Positions 1 through 10,718 are shown, counted from the stretch's first letter. The stretch is DNA of 64,000 bases from Clostridia bacterium (GCA_034003745.1 JAVEYA010000003.1:40-64039), one strand, 5' to 3'. Made by a program: numbers and translations. Notes: generated from the sequence alone by a model not told the origin.

Positions 1-2
1 TG

Positions 3-185
3 CGTCTTGCGGCAGTGTCCGTCAATCCTTATTATCCGCTCTATGATATTCGTTCAGCCTTTTATGCCGAAGCTTATGTGGATAAGGATGAATTGCTGGA
101 TAAAATGAAAAGGGCGCTTACCGTACCGGTTTATGATATCTTGCAGGACGGAGCGTCTCAGCTTTTCCGCAATATTATGGCGTAG
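3..185 (+). CDS. 3' end of an unidentified protein-coding gene, 5' truncated by the window edge
   Basis: Open frame from the window edge (RLAAVSVNPYYPLYDIRSAFYAEAYVDKDELLDKMKRALTVPVYDILQDGASQLFRNIMA*), stop TAG at 183-185. Family not recognised. Confidence 0.35.
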   Translation, partial: RLAAVSVNPYYPLYDIRSAFYAEAYVDKDELLDKMKRALTVPVYDILQDGASQLFRNIMA

Positions 186-203
186 TGGGACGGAAGTGAT
201 CAG

Positions 204-1556
204 GTGCCTTTTTATCATATTCGACGGCTGTTGATAATTTTATTTATTCTTACCTATCTTCTCAGTTATTTCACAGCCATACCGGCGCTGGCCGTACTAA
301 ACGGATTTATCCTTGCCTTTGTACTTCTGCAAGGTTTTCTGGGGATGCCCAAAGTCACGAAAACCGTTTCTCTCGGACTTTTAGTCATTGGGGCAATGAT
401 TCTGTTTGCTATAAAAGCGTCCTGGTTGGATTGGCTGGCTGCCATAGCCAACAATGCCGGTCTGGTGACGCTGTTTTTGGTTGTGCCTATTTTAGGCATG
501 CCCTTTTTCTATAACGACTATGAACAAGAACTGAAGAACGTGGCCCGGCAGAATATTGGCAATATCCTCACTTTTTCCCTGCTGATTTTTCTGGTGGCGC
601 ATCTGTTGGGGGGCATTATCAGCGTGGGCGCGGTGGCCCTGGTCTATGAAATTTTTATCGGCAGCGCCCGGGAAATCAAGGCAGAGAAATTGATGCGCAT
701 CGCTATGATTCACGGTTATGTCACCACCGGCTTCTGGTCGCCCACCTGGGCTTCCATGGCGGCTGTAGTAAGCACCCAGGGCGTTTCCTGGTTTACCATT
801 ATTCCTTATGGCTTCGGCCTTGTGCTGGCCTGCTTGCTTTTGTCCTTTGTGTATCAGAGAATTAAGCTGGCCCGGCATCCTGAATGGGTTTTCAAACCCT
901 CCCGCCAAGAGGAAATCCACATCAACTGGTCGCATATTCTTTCCCTGGTGCTGTTAATTGTGAGTCTGCTTTTAGCTATCCTGCTCTTCGACCTTTTCAC
1001 AAACTGGCAGTTATTGATTATCGTTTCCATCGTGGCGCTGCTGTTTCCCGTCGGCTGCGCCTTGGTGATGAACAAGGGCCCTGAACTTAAGAGCGGCTTG
1101 GCGCATTACTACCGGCAAAATATCCTGAAATCCAAAAATGAAGTTGTCTTATTTACGGTGGCGGGTTTTCTGGGTAAGGCTTTGGAGCTGTCGGGGGCCG
1201 GGGAATATATCGTCCGGTTTATTCCGGAAAGTTTGAGCCGGCATCCGTTCTTACTGATTGTCTTTATTTGCATCTTAATGGTCTTGTTCTCCCTTGGAGG
1301 GATTCATCCGGTTGTTACCGGTTCGGCGCTGCTGGGGGCGCTGCAGCCGGCCCTCTTAAATCTTTCTACGCTGGAGTTCAGCCTGGCTATACTCCTGGGC
1401 TGGACCGCGGCTATCCTGCTGTCGCCTTTTTCAGCCATGAATTTAATTCTGTCGGGCCTGACGGGAGAAGCCTCCTGGAACATCAGCAAAAAGAACGCCT
1501 TATACGGCATCGTTATGATTGTCATGGTAGCGGCGCTGATTACACTGTTTATATGA
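204..1556 (+). CDS. polytopic integral membrane protein, putative permease (family not recognised)
   Basis: 450-aa ORF that is hydrophobic throughout, with about 12 predicted TM segments. GTG start. A terminator follows. Confidence 0.7.
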   Translation: MPFYHIRRLLIILFILTYLLSYFTAIPALAVLNGFILAFVLLQGFLGMPKVTKTVSLGLLVIGAMILFAIKASWLDWLAAIANNAGLVTLFLVVPILGMPFFYNDYEQELKNVARQNIGNILTFSLLIFLVAHLLGGIISVGAVALVYEIFIGSAREIKAEKLMRIAMIHGYVTTGFWSPTWASMAAVVSTQGVSWFTIIPYGFGLVLACLLLSFVYQRIKLARHPEWVFKPSRQEEIHINWSHILSLVLLIVSLLLAILLFDLFTNWQLLIIVSIVALLFPVGCALVMNKGPELKSGLAHYYRQNILKSKNEVVLFTVAGFLGKALELSGAGEYIVRFIPESLSRHPFLLIVFICILMVLFSLGGIHPVVTGSALLGALQPALLNLSTLEFSLAILLGWTAAILLSPFSAMNLILSGLTGEASWNISKKNALYGIVMIVMVAALITLFI

Positions 1557-1573
1557 AAAGCAGTATAAAATAA

Positions 1574-1619
1574 AAACAGGCTGTGAGCATGTGTGAAGTG
1601 CACAGCCTGTTTGCTTTCT
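1574..1619. terminator. bidirectional rho-independent terminator between convergent genes
   Basis: 12-bp perfect stem AAACAGGCTGTG / CACAGCCTGTTT. It is flanked by an A-run upstream and TTTGCTTTC downstream. Confidence 0.6.
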
Positions 1620-1625
1620 ATACGA

Positions 1626-2063
1626 TCAATAAGTGGCGGATTGTTTACGGCTCAGAAGTTCATTTCTTAGATCCTGCAGGGTTAAGGAATCCAGCGCTTC
1701 TTCGATGACGTTTCGAACCTTTTCCCAGACAATCCGGGAGACGCATTGGCCAAAAAGAGAACACTCGGCGGGGTTTTCCCTTTTGACGCAGTCCACCGGG
1801 CTGACCGGGCCTTCCAGGGCGTTGATGACTTCGCTGACTTTAATTTCCGCCGGCTCGCGAGCAATGATATAGCCGCCCTGGGCGCCGCGCAGGCTTTTGA
1901 CCAGCCCGCGTTTAATCAAGAGCCGCATCAGCTGTTCCAGATAAGCTTCCGAGATTTCCTGCTGCTCGGCGATGTTCTTAACGGAAATCGGCCCCTGGTT
2001 ATGGTGCAGAGCCAATTCTATCATGGCGCGCAGACCATATTGGGCTTTGGTTGAAAATTTCAC
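1626..2063 (-). CDS. Rrf2-family transcriptional regulator (IscR/CymR-like)
   Basis: VKFSTKAQYGLRAMIELA...LRGAQGGYIIAR is a typical Rrf2 winged HTH. The C-terminal Cys residues (CVKRENPAECSLFGQC) suggest an Fe-S ligand set. I moved the start to GTG 2063, which lies behind the RBS GGAAGGGAG. Confidence 0.9.
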   Translation of the reverse strand: MKFSTKAQYGLRAMIELALHHNQGPISVKNIAEQQEISEAYLEQLMRLLIKRGLVKSLRGAQGGYIIAREPAEIKVSEVINALEGPVSPVDCVKRENPAECSLFGQCVSRIVWEKVRNVIEEALDSLTLQDLRNELLSRKQSATY

Positions 2064-2143
2064 GGCAACGGCTCCCTTCCTTATGCCCATTTTAACCCTA
2101 GTCTTCAAAATATGTCAAACCGATTCGTGTTAAAGGGTATTAC

Positions 2144-2172
2144 TTGCTGATTTATGAGAATGGCGTTAGAAT
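2144..2172 (+). promoter_or_regulatory. candidate sigma-70 promoter for metA
   Basis: TTGCTG - 17 nt - TAGAAT, about 60 nt upstream of the metA start. Confidence 0.35.
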
Positions 2173-2233
2173 ATAGGGATAACAGTTAATCATAAAAACT
2201 TATGACATAAAAGCGTTTTTAGGAGGAATGAAC

Positions 2234-3151
2234 ATGCCGATCAAAATACCCGATAATCTGCCAACCATGAAAACATTAACTGACGAGAATATTTTCGTCA
2301 TGGGCGAAGACCGGGCTGCGCACCAGGACATCCGCCCATTGGAAATAGTAATTTTAAATCTGATGCCCACCAAGCTGGTGACCGAAACGCAGATTTTACG
2401 CCTGTTAGGAAACTCACCCCTGCAAGTGAATATTACTTTGCTGCATCCGAAAACCCATGTTTCCAAGAATACGCCGCAGGAGCATTTAATTAAGTTTTAT
2501 AAGACTTTTGACTGCATCAAACACCAGCGCTTTGACGGGCTTATTATCACCGGCGCGCCGGTGGAGCAGATGCCGTATAAGGAAGTGGACTTCTGGCACG
2601 AGCTGACGGATATTCTGGACTGGGCCGACCGTCAGGTTTTTTCTTCCCTGTTCGTCTGCTGGGGAGCGCAGGCCGCGCTGTATTATTATTACGGCGTGCC
2701 CAAATATCAGCTGGATACCAAAATGTTCGGCGTCTTCACGCATTATGTCAATAAGAAGCACGTTAAGCTCCTGCGGGGCTTTGACGATGAGTTTTACGTT
2801 CCTCATTCCCGGCATACCGAAGTACGGCGGAAGGATATTGAGAAAGTGAAAGAGGTAGAAATCCTTTCGGAATCTCCGGGGGCAGGTGTATATATTGCAG
2901 CTTCCAAGGACAACAAACGGATTTTCGTGACCGGTCATTCCGAATACGACCCGCTAACGCTGCACGGCGAATACGAACGCGACGTGAATAAAGGCTTACC
3001 TATTGCCGTACCTCAAAATTACTATCCGGATAATGATCCGACCCGGGAACCGCTGGTCAAATGGCGCAGCCATGCCAATCTTCTTTTTTCCAACTGGCTG
3101 AACTATTATGTCTATCAGGAAACGCCCTTTGACTTAAAGGAGATAAGATAA
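2234..3151 (+). CDS. metA: homoserine O-acyltransferase (MetA family)
   Basis: [47 protein letters not shown]...NSPLQV is nearly colinear with E. coli MetA. AGGAGG lies 7 nt upstream of ATG 2234. Confidence 0.93.
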   Translation: MPIKIPDNLPTMKTLTDENIFVMGEDRAAHQDIRPLEIVILNLMPTKLVTETQILRLLGNSPLQVNITLLHPKTHVSKNTPQEHLIKFYKTFDCIKHQRFDGLIITGAPVEQMPYKEVDFWHELTDILDWADRQVFSSLFVCWGAQAALYYYYGVPKYQLDTKMFGVFTHYVNKKHVKLLRGFDDEFYVPHSRHTEVRRKDIEKVKEVEILSESPGAGVYIAASKDNKRIFVTGHSEYDPLTLHGEYERDVNKGLPIAVPQNYYPDNDPTREPLVKWRSHANLLFSNWLNYYVYQETPFDLKEIR

Positions 3152-4195
3152 ATGAACATTTTTGCTTCCTTGCTGCAGGAATTGACTGCGGGGAAAAAAG
3201 CGGCGCTGGTCACCGCCATCGATAAAAACAGCGCCGGCGGCGTTCTGCCCGAAAAACACCTCTTTGCCGGAGAGGACCTGACTCCGGCTGTCGGCGCGCC
3301 GGCAACCGATGAAGTTTTGGCGGCGCAGCTTCAAAAGGCGCTCAATTCCGCCCGTGTCCGGTTCTTTCAGGACACAGCCGGCGTGACACGGATTATTGAG
3401 CCGTTTTTTCCAGAACCCCGCTTGATTATTCTGGGTGGCGGCCATATTGCCGTGCCTTTAGCCGAATTTGGCGCCAAGGTCGGCTTCAAGATCACGGTTG
3501 TGGACGACAGGCTTTCCTTTGCCAATGAGAGACGTTTTCCCTGGGCCGACCAGGTTCTTTGCACCAGCTTCCAGGATTGTTTCAGGCAAATCGAACTGAA
3601 CCAAGGCTCTTACCTGGTGATCGTCACCCGGGGACACCGCCATGACCAGTCTTCTTTAAGACAGGCCCTGCAGTATGATCCGGCCTATATTGGCATGATC
3701 GGCTCCCGACGCAGGGTGCATATCGTCAAATCCGAACTGCTGAAAGAGGGCGTTTCCCAGGAGAAACTCGATACTGTACAGGCCCCGATCGGGCTGCCTA
3801 TCGGCGCGGTGACGCCGGAGGAAATCGCAGTTTCCATCATTGCCCAGGTGATTGCCTGCCGCAGAAAAGCCAATTGGCCGGACCCGGAGCGGGATATTCT
3901 GGAGCAATTAAGCAGAGAACAGGAAGCTGTGGCTATCGTTACGGTCATTGGTTCCCAAGGCTCCGTACCCCGGGAAGCCGGCGCCAAAATGATTGTCTGG
4001 CCGGATGGACAGACTATAGGGAGTATTGGCGGCGGCTGCGCGGAAAGCGATATCACCCTGATTGGCCGTGACGTCATCCGAAATAAAAAGTCTCAGTTCA
4101 AGGAGATAGACCTGACCGGCTCCGCCGCCGAAGAGGAAGGCATGGTCTGCGGCGGGACGATGCAGGTGCTGATTGAATACTATGAAGGAAAATAA
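3152..4195 (+). CDS. XdhC/CoxI-family molybdoenzyme maturation factor with unusual domain order
   Basis: The central Rossmann part (LIILGGGHIAVPLAEFG...VTRGHRHD...YIGMIGSRRR...PIGLPIGA.TPEEIAVSI) matches the XdhC C-domain. The canonical XdhC_CoxI motif (VTVIGSQGSVPREAGAKMIV...GSIGGGCAE) sits at the C-terminus. The ATG directly abuts the metA stop. Confidence 0.85.
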   Translation: MNIFASLLQELTAGKKAALVTAIDKNSAGGVLPEKHLFAGEDLTPAVGAPATDEVLAAQLQKALNSARVRFFQDTAGVTRIIEPFFPEPRLIILGGGHIAVPLAEFGAKVGFKITVVDDRLSFANERRFPWADQVLCTSFQDCFRQIELNQGSYLVIVTRGHRHDQSSLRQALQYDPAYIGMIGSRRRVHIVKSELLKEGVSQEKLDTVQAPIGLPIGAVTPEEIAVSIIAQVIACRRKANWPDPERDILEQLSREQEAVAIVTVIGSQGSVPREAGAKMIVWPDGQTIGSIGGGCAESDITLIGRDVIRNKKSQFKEIDLTGSAAEEEGMVCGGTMQVLIEYYEGK

Positions 4196-5276
4196 AGCCC
4201 GTGTGCTCGTGGGCATGAGCGGCGGCGTGGACAGCTCGGTTGCCGCCGGCCTGCTTTTGGAGCAGGGCTATGAGGTCATCGGCGTAACCATGCGTATCTG
4301 GCAATGCGAAGAGGAGGATGCACGGGTCAAAAGCTGCTGCTCCCTTGCCGCGGTTGACGATGCGCGCAAAGTGGCCGAAACTTTAAATATACCTTTTTAT
4401 GTCATGGATTTTCGCGATGTTTTCCAGGATAAGGTTATCGCTGATTTTGTGGGCGAATATCTGCGGGGCCGGACGCCCAACCCCTGTATCGCCTGCAACC
4501 GCCATCTGAAATTCGGGCTTTTTTATGAAAAGGCCAAAAGTTTAGGTGCGGAATATATTGCGACCGGTCACTACGCCAGGACAGGCTATGATGAAAAAAG
4601 CGGCCGCCGGCTGCTTCTGAGGGCCGCAGATAAGAAAAAAGACCAGAGTTACGTGCTGTATAATCTGACCCAGGATCAACTGGCCCATACCGTATTCCCA
4701 CTGGGCGGCTACACCAAACCGCTGGTCCGGCAAAAAGCCAAAGAATTGGCTTTGCCGGTTTCCGATAAGGCGGAAAGCCAGGAAATTTGTTTTATTACCG
4801 ACGATGATTATAAGCGGTTTATCACCGAGCGGACCCCGGCGGGAAAGATTAAACCGGGCAATTTTGTCAACAGCGCAGGCGTTGTAATCGGACGGCATGA
4901 GGGACTGCCCTATTATACTGTTGGTCAAAGAAAGGGTTTGGGGCTTGCGCTGGGTTATCCGGCCTATGTGCTCTCTTTGAATCCGGCGGCCAATACCGTA
5001 ACTGTTGGCCGGGCCGAGGAGAATTACAGCAGCGCTCTCTTGGCTGCAGACAATAATTTCATTGCTCTGGAGCAAGTGACCGAACCTATCGAAGTCCAGG
5101 CAAAAATCAGGTATGGGGCGGCGCCGGCCCTTGCGGTAATAGCTCCTATCCCGGACGGGCGGATCGAGGTGCGCTTCGCTCAGCCTCAGCGGGCGGTGAC
5201 GCCGGGTCAGGCTGTGGTCTATTATCAGGGTGAGAGCGTCATAGGAGGCGGCATTATTGATGAAGTCTTAATTTAA
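4182..5276 (+). CDS. mnmA: tRNA 2-thiouridine(34) synthase MnmA
   Basis: The PP-loop VLVGMSGGVDSSVAA, NPCIACN and the C-terminal barrel are colinear with MnmA/TrmU. The start overlaps the XdhC-like stop by 14 nt. Confidence 0.93.
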   Translation: MKENKARVLVGMSGGVDSSVAAGLLLEQGYEVIGVTMRIWQCEEEDARVKSCCSLAAVDDARKVAETLNIPFYVMDFRDVFQDKVIADFVGEYLRGRTPNPCIACNRHLKFGLFYEKAKSLGAEYIATGHYARTGYDEKSGRRLLLRAADKKKDQSYVLYNLTQDQLAHTVFPLGGYTKPLVRQKAKELALPVSDKAESQEICFITDDDYKRFITERTPAGKIKPGNFVNSAGVVIGRHEGLPYYTVGQRKGLGLALGYPAYVLSLNPAANTVTVGRAEENYSSALLAADNNFIALEQVTEPIEVQAKIRYGAAPALAVIAPIPDGRIEVRFAQPQRAVTPGQAVVYYQGESVIGGGIIDEVLI

Positions 5277-5289
5277 TTTGAGCAGGGTA

Positions 5290-5318
5290 TTGACAGACAT
5301 CAGGAAAGGGAGTATTAT
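5290..5318 (+). promoter_or_regulatory. sigma-70 promoter for metY
   Basis: TTGACA - 17 nt - TATTAT, about 60 nt upstream of ATG 5379. Confidence 0.5.
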
Positions 5319-5354
5319 TCAATTAAAACATATTAAACATATATGAATAATTAA

Positions 5355-6668
<1,314 letters not shown>

Positions 6669-6677
6669 AGAGAAAAA

Positions 6678-6758
6678 CTGTCATTCTGAGATAGCGCAGC
6701 TATCGAAGAATCTTACAGCGAAAAAAGATCCTTTATTGTATTCAGAAAGACAAAACAG
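6678..6758. repeat. degenerate copy of a palindromic REP/MITE-like repeat (family CTGTCATYCTGAG...CGAAGRATCTTA)
   Basis: Left arm is CTGTCATTCTGAG..CGAAGAATCTTA. The decayed right arm is AAGATCCTT..TTCAGAAAGACAAAACAG. It is alignable to the copy at 24348-24491. Confidence 0.6.
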
Positions 6759-6761
6759 TCA

Positions 6762-6800
6762 AAGAAGATGGGACAGGAAACTGTACGCATCTTCTTTTTC
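6762..6800 (+). terminator. rho-independent terminator of metY
   Basis: Stem AAGAAGATG / CATCTTCTT followed by TTTTC. Confidence 0.65.
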
Positions 6801-6947
6801 ATGACATCAAAATTATTTAACCAGATTAATTAATTTTTTGAGTGAAAGCATTGACAAAAGGCTCGCCAGAAGGTACATTATAATAAATCCGACAAAATTA
6901 CTAGGAATTGATTTTATCCTCAGCCTGGTGTAAAGGAGATATGGATT

Positions 6948-8123
6948 ATGAAAAGGATTTATCTCGACCACAGCGCCACTACGCCGGTACGTTCGGAAGT
7001 CGCTGAAGTCATTTGTGAGCATCTGACCGAAAAATTCGGCAATCCTTCCAGTGTTCATTCTTTTGGCCGCGAAGCCAGGGAAAGCCTGGAGAAGGCCCGG
7101 GAACAGGTTGCCGCTATGATTAACGCCAAGCCTGAAGAAATTATTTTCACCAGCGGCGGTACGGAAGCGGATAATATGGCTATCCTGGGTTCCACCGAAA
7201 AATATCTCGGCCAGGGGAAGCATATTATTACTTCAGCCATAGAGCACCATGCTGTCTTGCACCCTTGCGAACATCTGCAGCAGAAAGGTTTTAAACTGAC
7301 TATACTGCCGGTTGACGAGCATGGCATTGTCAACGTTGACGATTTAAAAAAGGCGCTTACCCCGGATACTGTTTTGATTTCCATTATGCATGCCAATAAT
7401 GAAGTGGGCAGTATCCAGCCGATTGAAGAAATCGGCGCTATCGCCAGGGAAAAGGGTATCCTTTTCCATACGGACGCAGTTCAATCCTTAGGGAAGATCC
7501 CGGTTGACGTACAGAAGTTGCCGGTGGACCTCCTGGCCGGTTCAGCCCATAAGCTATACGGACCCAAAGGCGTAGGTTTTCTGTATGTCAGAAAAGGCGC
7601 CAAGCTCTCCCCGCGCATATTCGGCGGCGGACAGGAGAAGAAGCGCCGCTCCGGCACCGAAAATATTGCCGGCATCGTGGGCTTAGGGAAAGCTATGGAA
7701 CTGGCCGCTCAGGAACTAAGTACGGAAATGCCGAGACTGGCTGAACTCAGAGACCGTCTGTTGACGGGTCTGATGGACAAAATACCCCACGTTAAGTTAA
7801 ATGGACACCCTACCCTGCGGTTGCCTAATAACGTCAATCTGAGTTTTCAATTCGTCGAAGGCGAATCATTGCTGTTATCCTTGGATATGAAAGGTATTGC
7901 GGCTTCCAGCGGCTCCGCATGTACCTCCGGCAGTCTGGACCCGTCGCATGTCCTCTTGGCCATGGGCATGGCGCACGAAGTCGCCCATGGTTCGGTTCGC
8001 ATGACGCTGGGTTCCGTCAATACCGCAGAAGATATTGAATACGTGCTGGAGGTCTTTCCTCCCATCGTGGAACGCCTGCGCAGCATGTCCCCGTTATACA
8101 ACCGCGAAGGGAAGGCGATGTAA
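6948..8123 (+). CDS. nifS: cysteine desulfurase, NifS/IscS type
   Basis: IYLDHSATTP...FTSGGTEADN...SAHKLYGPKG...SSGSACTSG (active-site Cys loop). Confidence 0.93.
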   Translation: MKRIYLDHSATTPVRSEVAEVICEHLTEKFGNPSSVHSFGREARESLEKAREQVAAMINAKPEEIIFTSGGTEADNMAILGSTEKYLGQGKHIITSAIEHHAVLHPCEHLQQKGFKLTILPVDEHGIVNVDDLKKALTPDTVLISIMHANNEVGSIQPIEEIGAIAREKGILFHTDAVQSLGKIPVDVQKLPVDLLAGSAHKLYGPKGVGFLYVRKGAKLSPRIFGGGQEKKRRSGTENIAGIVGLGKAMELAAQELSTEMPRLAELRDRLLTGLMDKIPHVKLNGHPTLRLPNNVNLSFQFVEGESLLLSLDMKGIAASSGSACTSGSLDPSHVLLAMGMAHEVAHGSVRMTLGSVNTAEDIEYVLEVFPPIVERLRSMSPLYNREGKAM

Positions 8124-8124
8124 G

Positions 8125-8502
8125 ATGTACTCAGCCAAGGTAATGGACCATTTCACCAATCCCCGCAATGTGGGGGAAATCGAGAACCCCAGCGGCGTGG
8201 GGGAAGTAGGCAACGCCGCTTGCGGCGATATTATGAAGCTGACCCTGCAAATTGAAGACAATGTCATCAAAGACGTTAAATTCAAAACGTTCGGCTGCGG
8301 GGCCGCCATCGCCACCAGCAGCATGGTCACGGAAATGGTCAAAGGCAAAACCATTAAGGAAGCTTTGGATATTACGAACAAAGCCGTGGCGGAAGCTTTG
8401 GACGGACTGCCGCCTATCAAAATGCACTGTTCCAATCTGGCCGCCAGTGCGTTGCATGCAGCCATTAAAGACTGGCAGGCCAAAAAGATTGCGGAAGCTT
8501 AA
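8125..8502 (+). CDS. nifU: Fe-S cluster scaffold protein NifU/IscU
   Basis: MYSAKVMDHFTNPRNVG...GNAACGDIM...FKTFGCGAAIA...KMHCSNLA carries the three scaffold Cys. I trimmed the listed ORF to the ATG 2 nt after the nifS stop. Confidence 0.93.
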   Translation: MYSAKVMDHFTNPRNVGEIENPSGVGEVGNAACGDIMKLTLQIEDNVIKDVKFKTFGCGAAIATSSMVTEMVKGKTIKEALDITNKAVAEALDGLPPIKMHCSNLAASALHAAIKDWQAKKIAEA

Positions 8503-8563
8503 AAGCAAGACCGGTTTGCTCGATACCCGGCGCCTGTTTCCGGATAAGTTTGTATGAAAAACA

Positions 8564-8613
8564 AACGGTATGGCATGCTAATATTAGAGTAAGGCCATAC
8601 CGGTTTATTTTTA
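8564..8613 (+). terminator. probable terminator after nifU
   Basis: AACGGTATGGC ... GCCATACCGGTT (one bulge, long loop) followed by TATTTTTATT. Confidence 0.45.
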
Positions 8614-8639
8614 TTAATTCATCGTAAAGAGGTGTCAAG

Positions 8640-9272
8640 ATGAAAAATAATTCCACAGTGTTGATAGTATTTCTGTTAGCGCTTCTTCTGTTGGCCCCGG
8701 GTTGTACGAATAATGCCGCGCCTCCCCAGGAGCCGCCGGTTACTTCAGGTACACCGGGGACGATAGCGGACGTATTTCCCTTAACCCAGGGCAGTACATG
8801 GGAGTACCATGGGGTGGGCAATGAGTTTGCCGCCTTTAAGCAAGAAGTCGTCTTCGCCGAAGGCAAGAAGGGCCAAATCCGCAAAGATAACGGCGGGACG
8901 GTCAGCGCGGCCGTCTTCGAAATAAGCGATGACGCTGTCACCCGGGTCTTCTTCCAGGGAGAATCCTATGAAGACGAGAATTTCCTGGAGGAGGAATCCG
9001 CTGAGAAAGTTATTGTCATCAAAGCCCCGCTGGAGGCCGGGACCACCTGGGAAGAGCCCAACGGAACGCGAAAAATCATCAGTGTTAACGAAACCGTTAC
9101 TACACCCGCCGGGGAATTTAAGGATTGCCTCAAGATCGAAGTTGCCAATGGCAATTCCACGATTTATGAATACTATAAGGCTGGGGTCGGCCTGATCATG
9201 AGCCAATTCTCTTCCAACGAGGCGCCCGATGAGAAGATAACCTCTTTACTCGAAAGCTACGATATAAAATAA
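8640..9272 (+). CDS. lipoprotein of unknown function
   Basis: The signal peptide has the lipobox LLLAPGC. The mature part is hydrophilic and acidic. Family not recognised. Confidence 0.75.
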   Translation: MKNNSTVLIVFLLALLLLAPGCTNNAAPPQEPPVTSGTPGTIADVFPLTQGSTWEYHGVGNEFAAFKQEVVFAEGKKGQIRKDNGGTVSAAVFEISDDAVTRVFFQGESYEDENFLEEESAEKVIVIKAPLEAGTTWEEPNGTRKIISVNETVTTPAGEFKDCLKIEVANGNSTIYEYYKAGVGLIMSQFSSNEAPDEKITSLLESYDIK

Positions 9273-9299
9273 TAATAAATTGTTTGATCGATCATAGAG

Positions 9300-9345
9300 G
9301 CTGCTGCAAAATGGCGGATGTGTCATTTTGCGGCAGCGTTTTTTA
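9300..9345. terminator. bidirectional terminator built from a mini-copy of the repeat family
   Basis: GCTGCTGCAAAATG / CATTTTGCGGCAGC stem plus a T-run. The reverse complement (AATGACACATCCGCCATTTTGCAGCAG) aligns with 24454-24482. Confidence 0.65.
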
Positions 9346-9369
9346 TTTGAATCCGCCGTCAGAATGAAA

Positions 9370-9858
9370 TCACCGTGACCTCTGCTGTTCCAACGCTGCA
9401 TGAATCGCTTTGCTGATTTCTTCATATCCGGTGCACCGGCAAAGGTTGGATTGCAGCCATTCCCGGATTAAGGCTTCATCGGCGTCCGGGTGGATTTGCG
9501 TCAGCGCATGGCAGTTCATAATGAATCCCGAGGTGCAATAGCCGCATTGGAAGGCAAACTCCTGTACAAAGAGTTGTTGGATTGGCGTACCCTTTAGTCC
9601 TTCGATGGTGGTTATTTCATGCCCGCATGCTTCCACGGCCAGCATCAGGCAGGATTTGACCGGCTGACCGTCCACAAGTACCGTACAGGCGCCGCAATCG
9701 CCGTTTTTGCAGCCGGGTTTGGCGCCGGTTAAACCCATTTGATCGCGGAGGACATCCAAAAGCGTATGGGCAGGTCGGACTACAGCCATTCTTTTTTGCC
9801 CGTTAACCGTAAATTCCAACAGCTCTGTCCCTAGAAGTTTTTTTGGTTTTTTTAGCAT
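9370..9858 (-). CDS. molybdenum hydroxylase small subunit, [2Fe-2S]-binding (CoxS/XdhC-FeS type)
   Basis: GCKNGDCGACTV...CL and QCGYCTSGFIM...LCRCTGY are the two 2Fe-2S motifs of the xanthine dehydrogenase family. Confidence 0.9.
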   Translation of the reverse strand: MLKKPKKLLGTELLEFTVNGQKRMAVVRPAHTLLDVLRDQMGLTGAKPGCKNGDCGACTVLVDGQPVKSCLMLAVEACGHEITTIEGLKGTPIQQLFVQEFAFQCGYCTSGFIMNCHALTQIHPDADEALIREWLQSNLCRCTGYEEISKAIHAALEQQRSR

Positions 9859-10718
9859 AGAGACTCCGCTCCTTCCAAGCCTTCAAAGGCCTTTGACAGG
9901 GTATTCCCCAGGAGGGCCGTACGGTATGCCGCCGAACCCTCTAAATCATGTAAAATATCCGCCGGCAAAAGTTTTACCACTTTCTCTAATCTTTCCTGGG
10001 TCGGTCCGGTTTTATCATTCAAAGCGTTGTCTACGGAAGCCAAACGAAAAGGAAACGGGCATAATCCGCTGAAGGCGGCGCGGATGAGCCCGTCTTTTTT
10101 TACAAAGGCGGAGGAAAGCAGCGGGTAGCCAATCTTGTTTTGGGGATAAGCAACATCGCCGTTGGCTGTTTTTTTCATACTATAAAAGGGCAGGCCGGTA
10201 TACTTTTTCTCGACGATAAACTGCAGCAATAAATCGCCGCCCTTTAATTGCAGCGACTGGGTATAGATCTGGTTCAGGGGTTCTCTCCGGACCCCGTCGG
10301 CTCCCGCGATAACCACTTCGCAGTCGGAGACTAAAAGGGCTAATATCCCTTCGCGAAAGGGGAGCTGGGAGCAGATATTCCCACCCAAAGTAATTTTGTT
10401 GCGGATGGTATGATCGGCTACCCGCCCGCCGCATTGGCTGAGCAAGGGGAAAAAGTTAGCTTCCTGCAGTTGGGCCAAGGTTTTGGCCGCGCCTATAATC
10501 AGCCGGTCATTTTGGAATTCTAAGACAGCGCACTCGGGAATCCCTTTGATATCAATCAGGGCTTGGGGATGTAATTGGTAAAGGCTCGAAAAGCTAATGA
10601 CCTCCGTTCCCCCGCCGTAATACAAAACGGTTTTTCCCTGGGAATGGAGGCTTTGATATAAGCTGAGCGCTTCTTGATAAGTGTCCGGCTTATAGTATTC
10701 GAAATCAAAAGGGATCAT
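9852..10718 (-). CDS. molybdenum hydroxylase medium subunit, FAD-binding (CoxM/XdhB type)
   Basis: The N-terminus FDFEYYKPDTYQEAL...YYGGGTEV and TLGGNI are FAD_binding_5-like. The gene is translationally coupled to both neighbours (7-nt and 4-nt overlaps). Confidence 0.85.
   Translation of the reverse strand: MIPFDFEYYKPDTYQEALSLYQSLHSQGKTVLYYGGGTEVISFSSLYQLHPQALIDIKGIPECAVLEFQNDRLIIGAAKTLAQLQEANFFPLLSQCGGRVADHTIRNKITLGGNICSQLPFREGILALLVSDCEVVIAGADGVRREPLNQIYTQSLQLKGGDLLLQFIVEKKYTGLPFYSMKKTANGDVAYPQNKIGYPLLSSAFVKKDGLIRAAFSGLCPFPFRLASVDNALNDKTGPTQERLEKVVKLLPADILHDLEGSAAYRTALLGNTLSKAFEGLEGAESLC

Noticed and set aside
2064-2233. Search for a SAM (S-box) riboswitch upstream of metA, and likewise upstream of metY at 5277-5378
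   Set aside because: The leaders are only about 55 nt past the predicted promoters and lack the conserved S-box helices. Regulation is more likely by the adjacent Rrf2 regulator, though that is untested.
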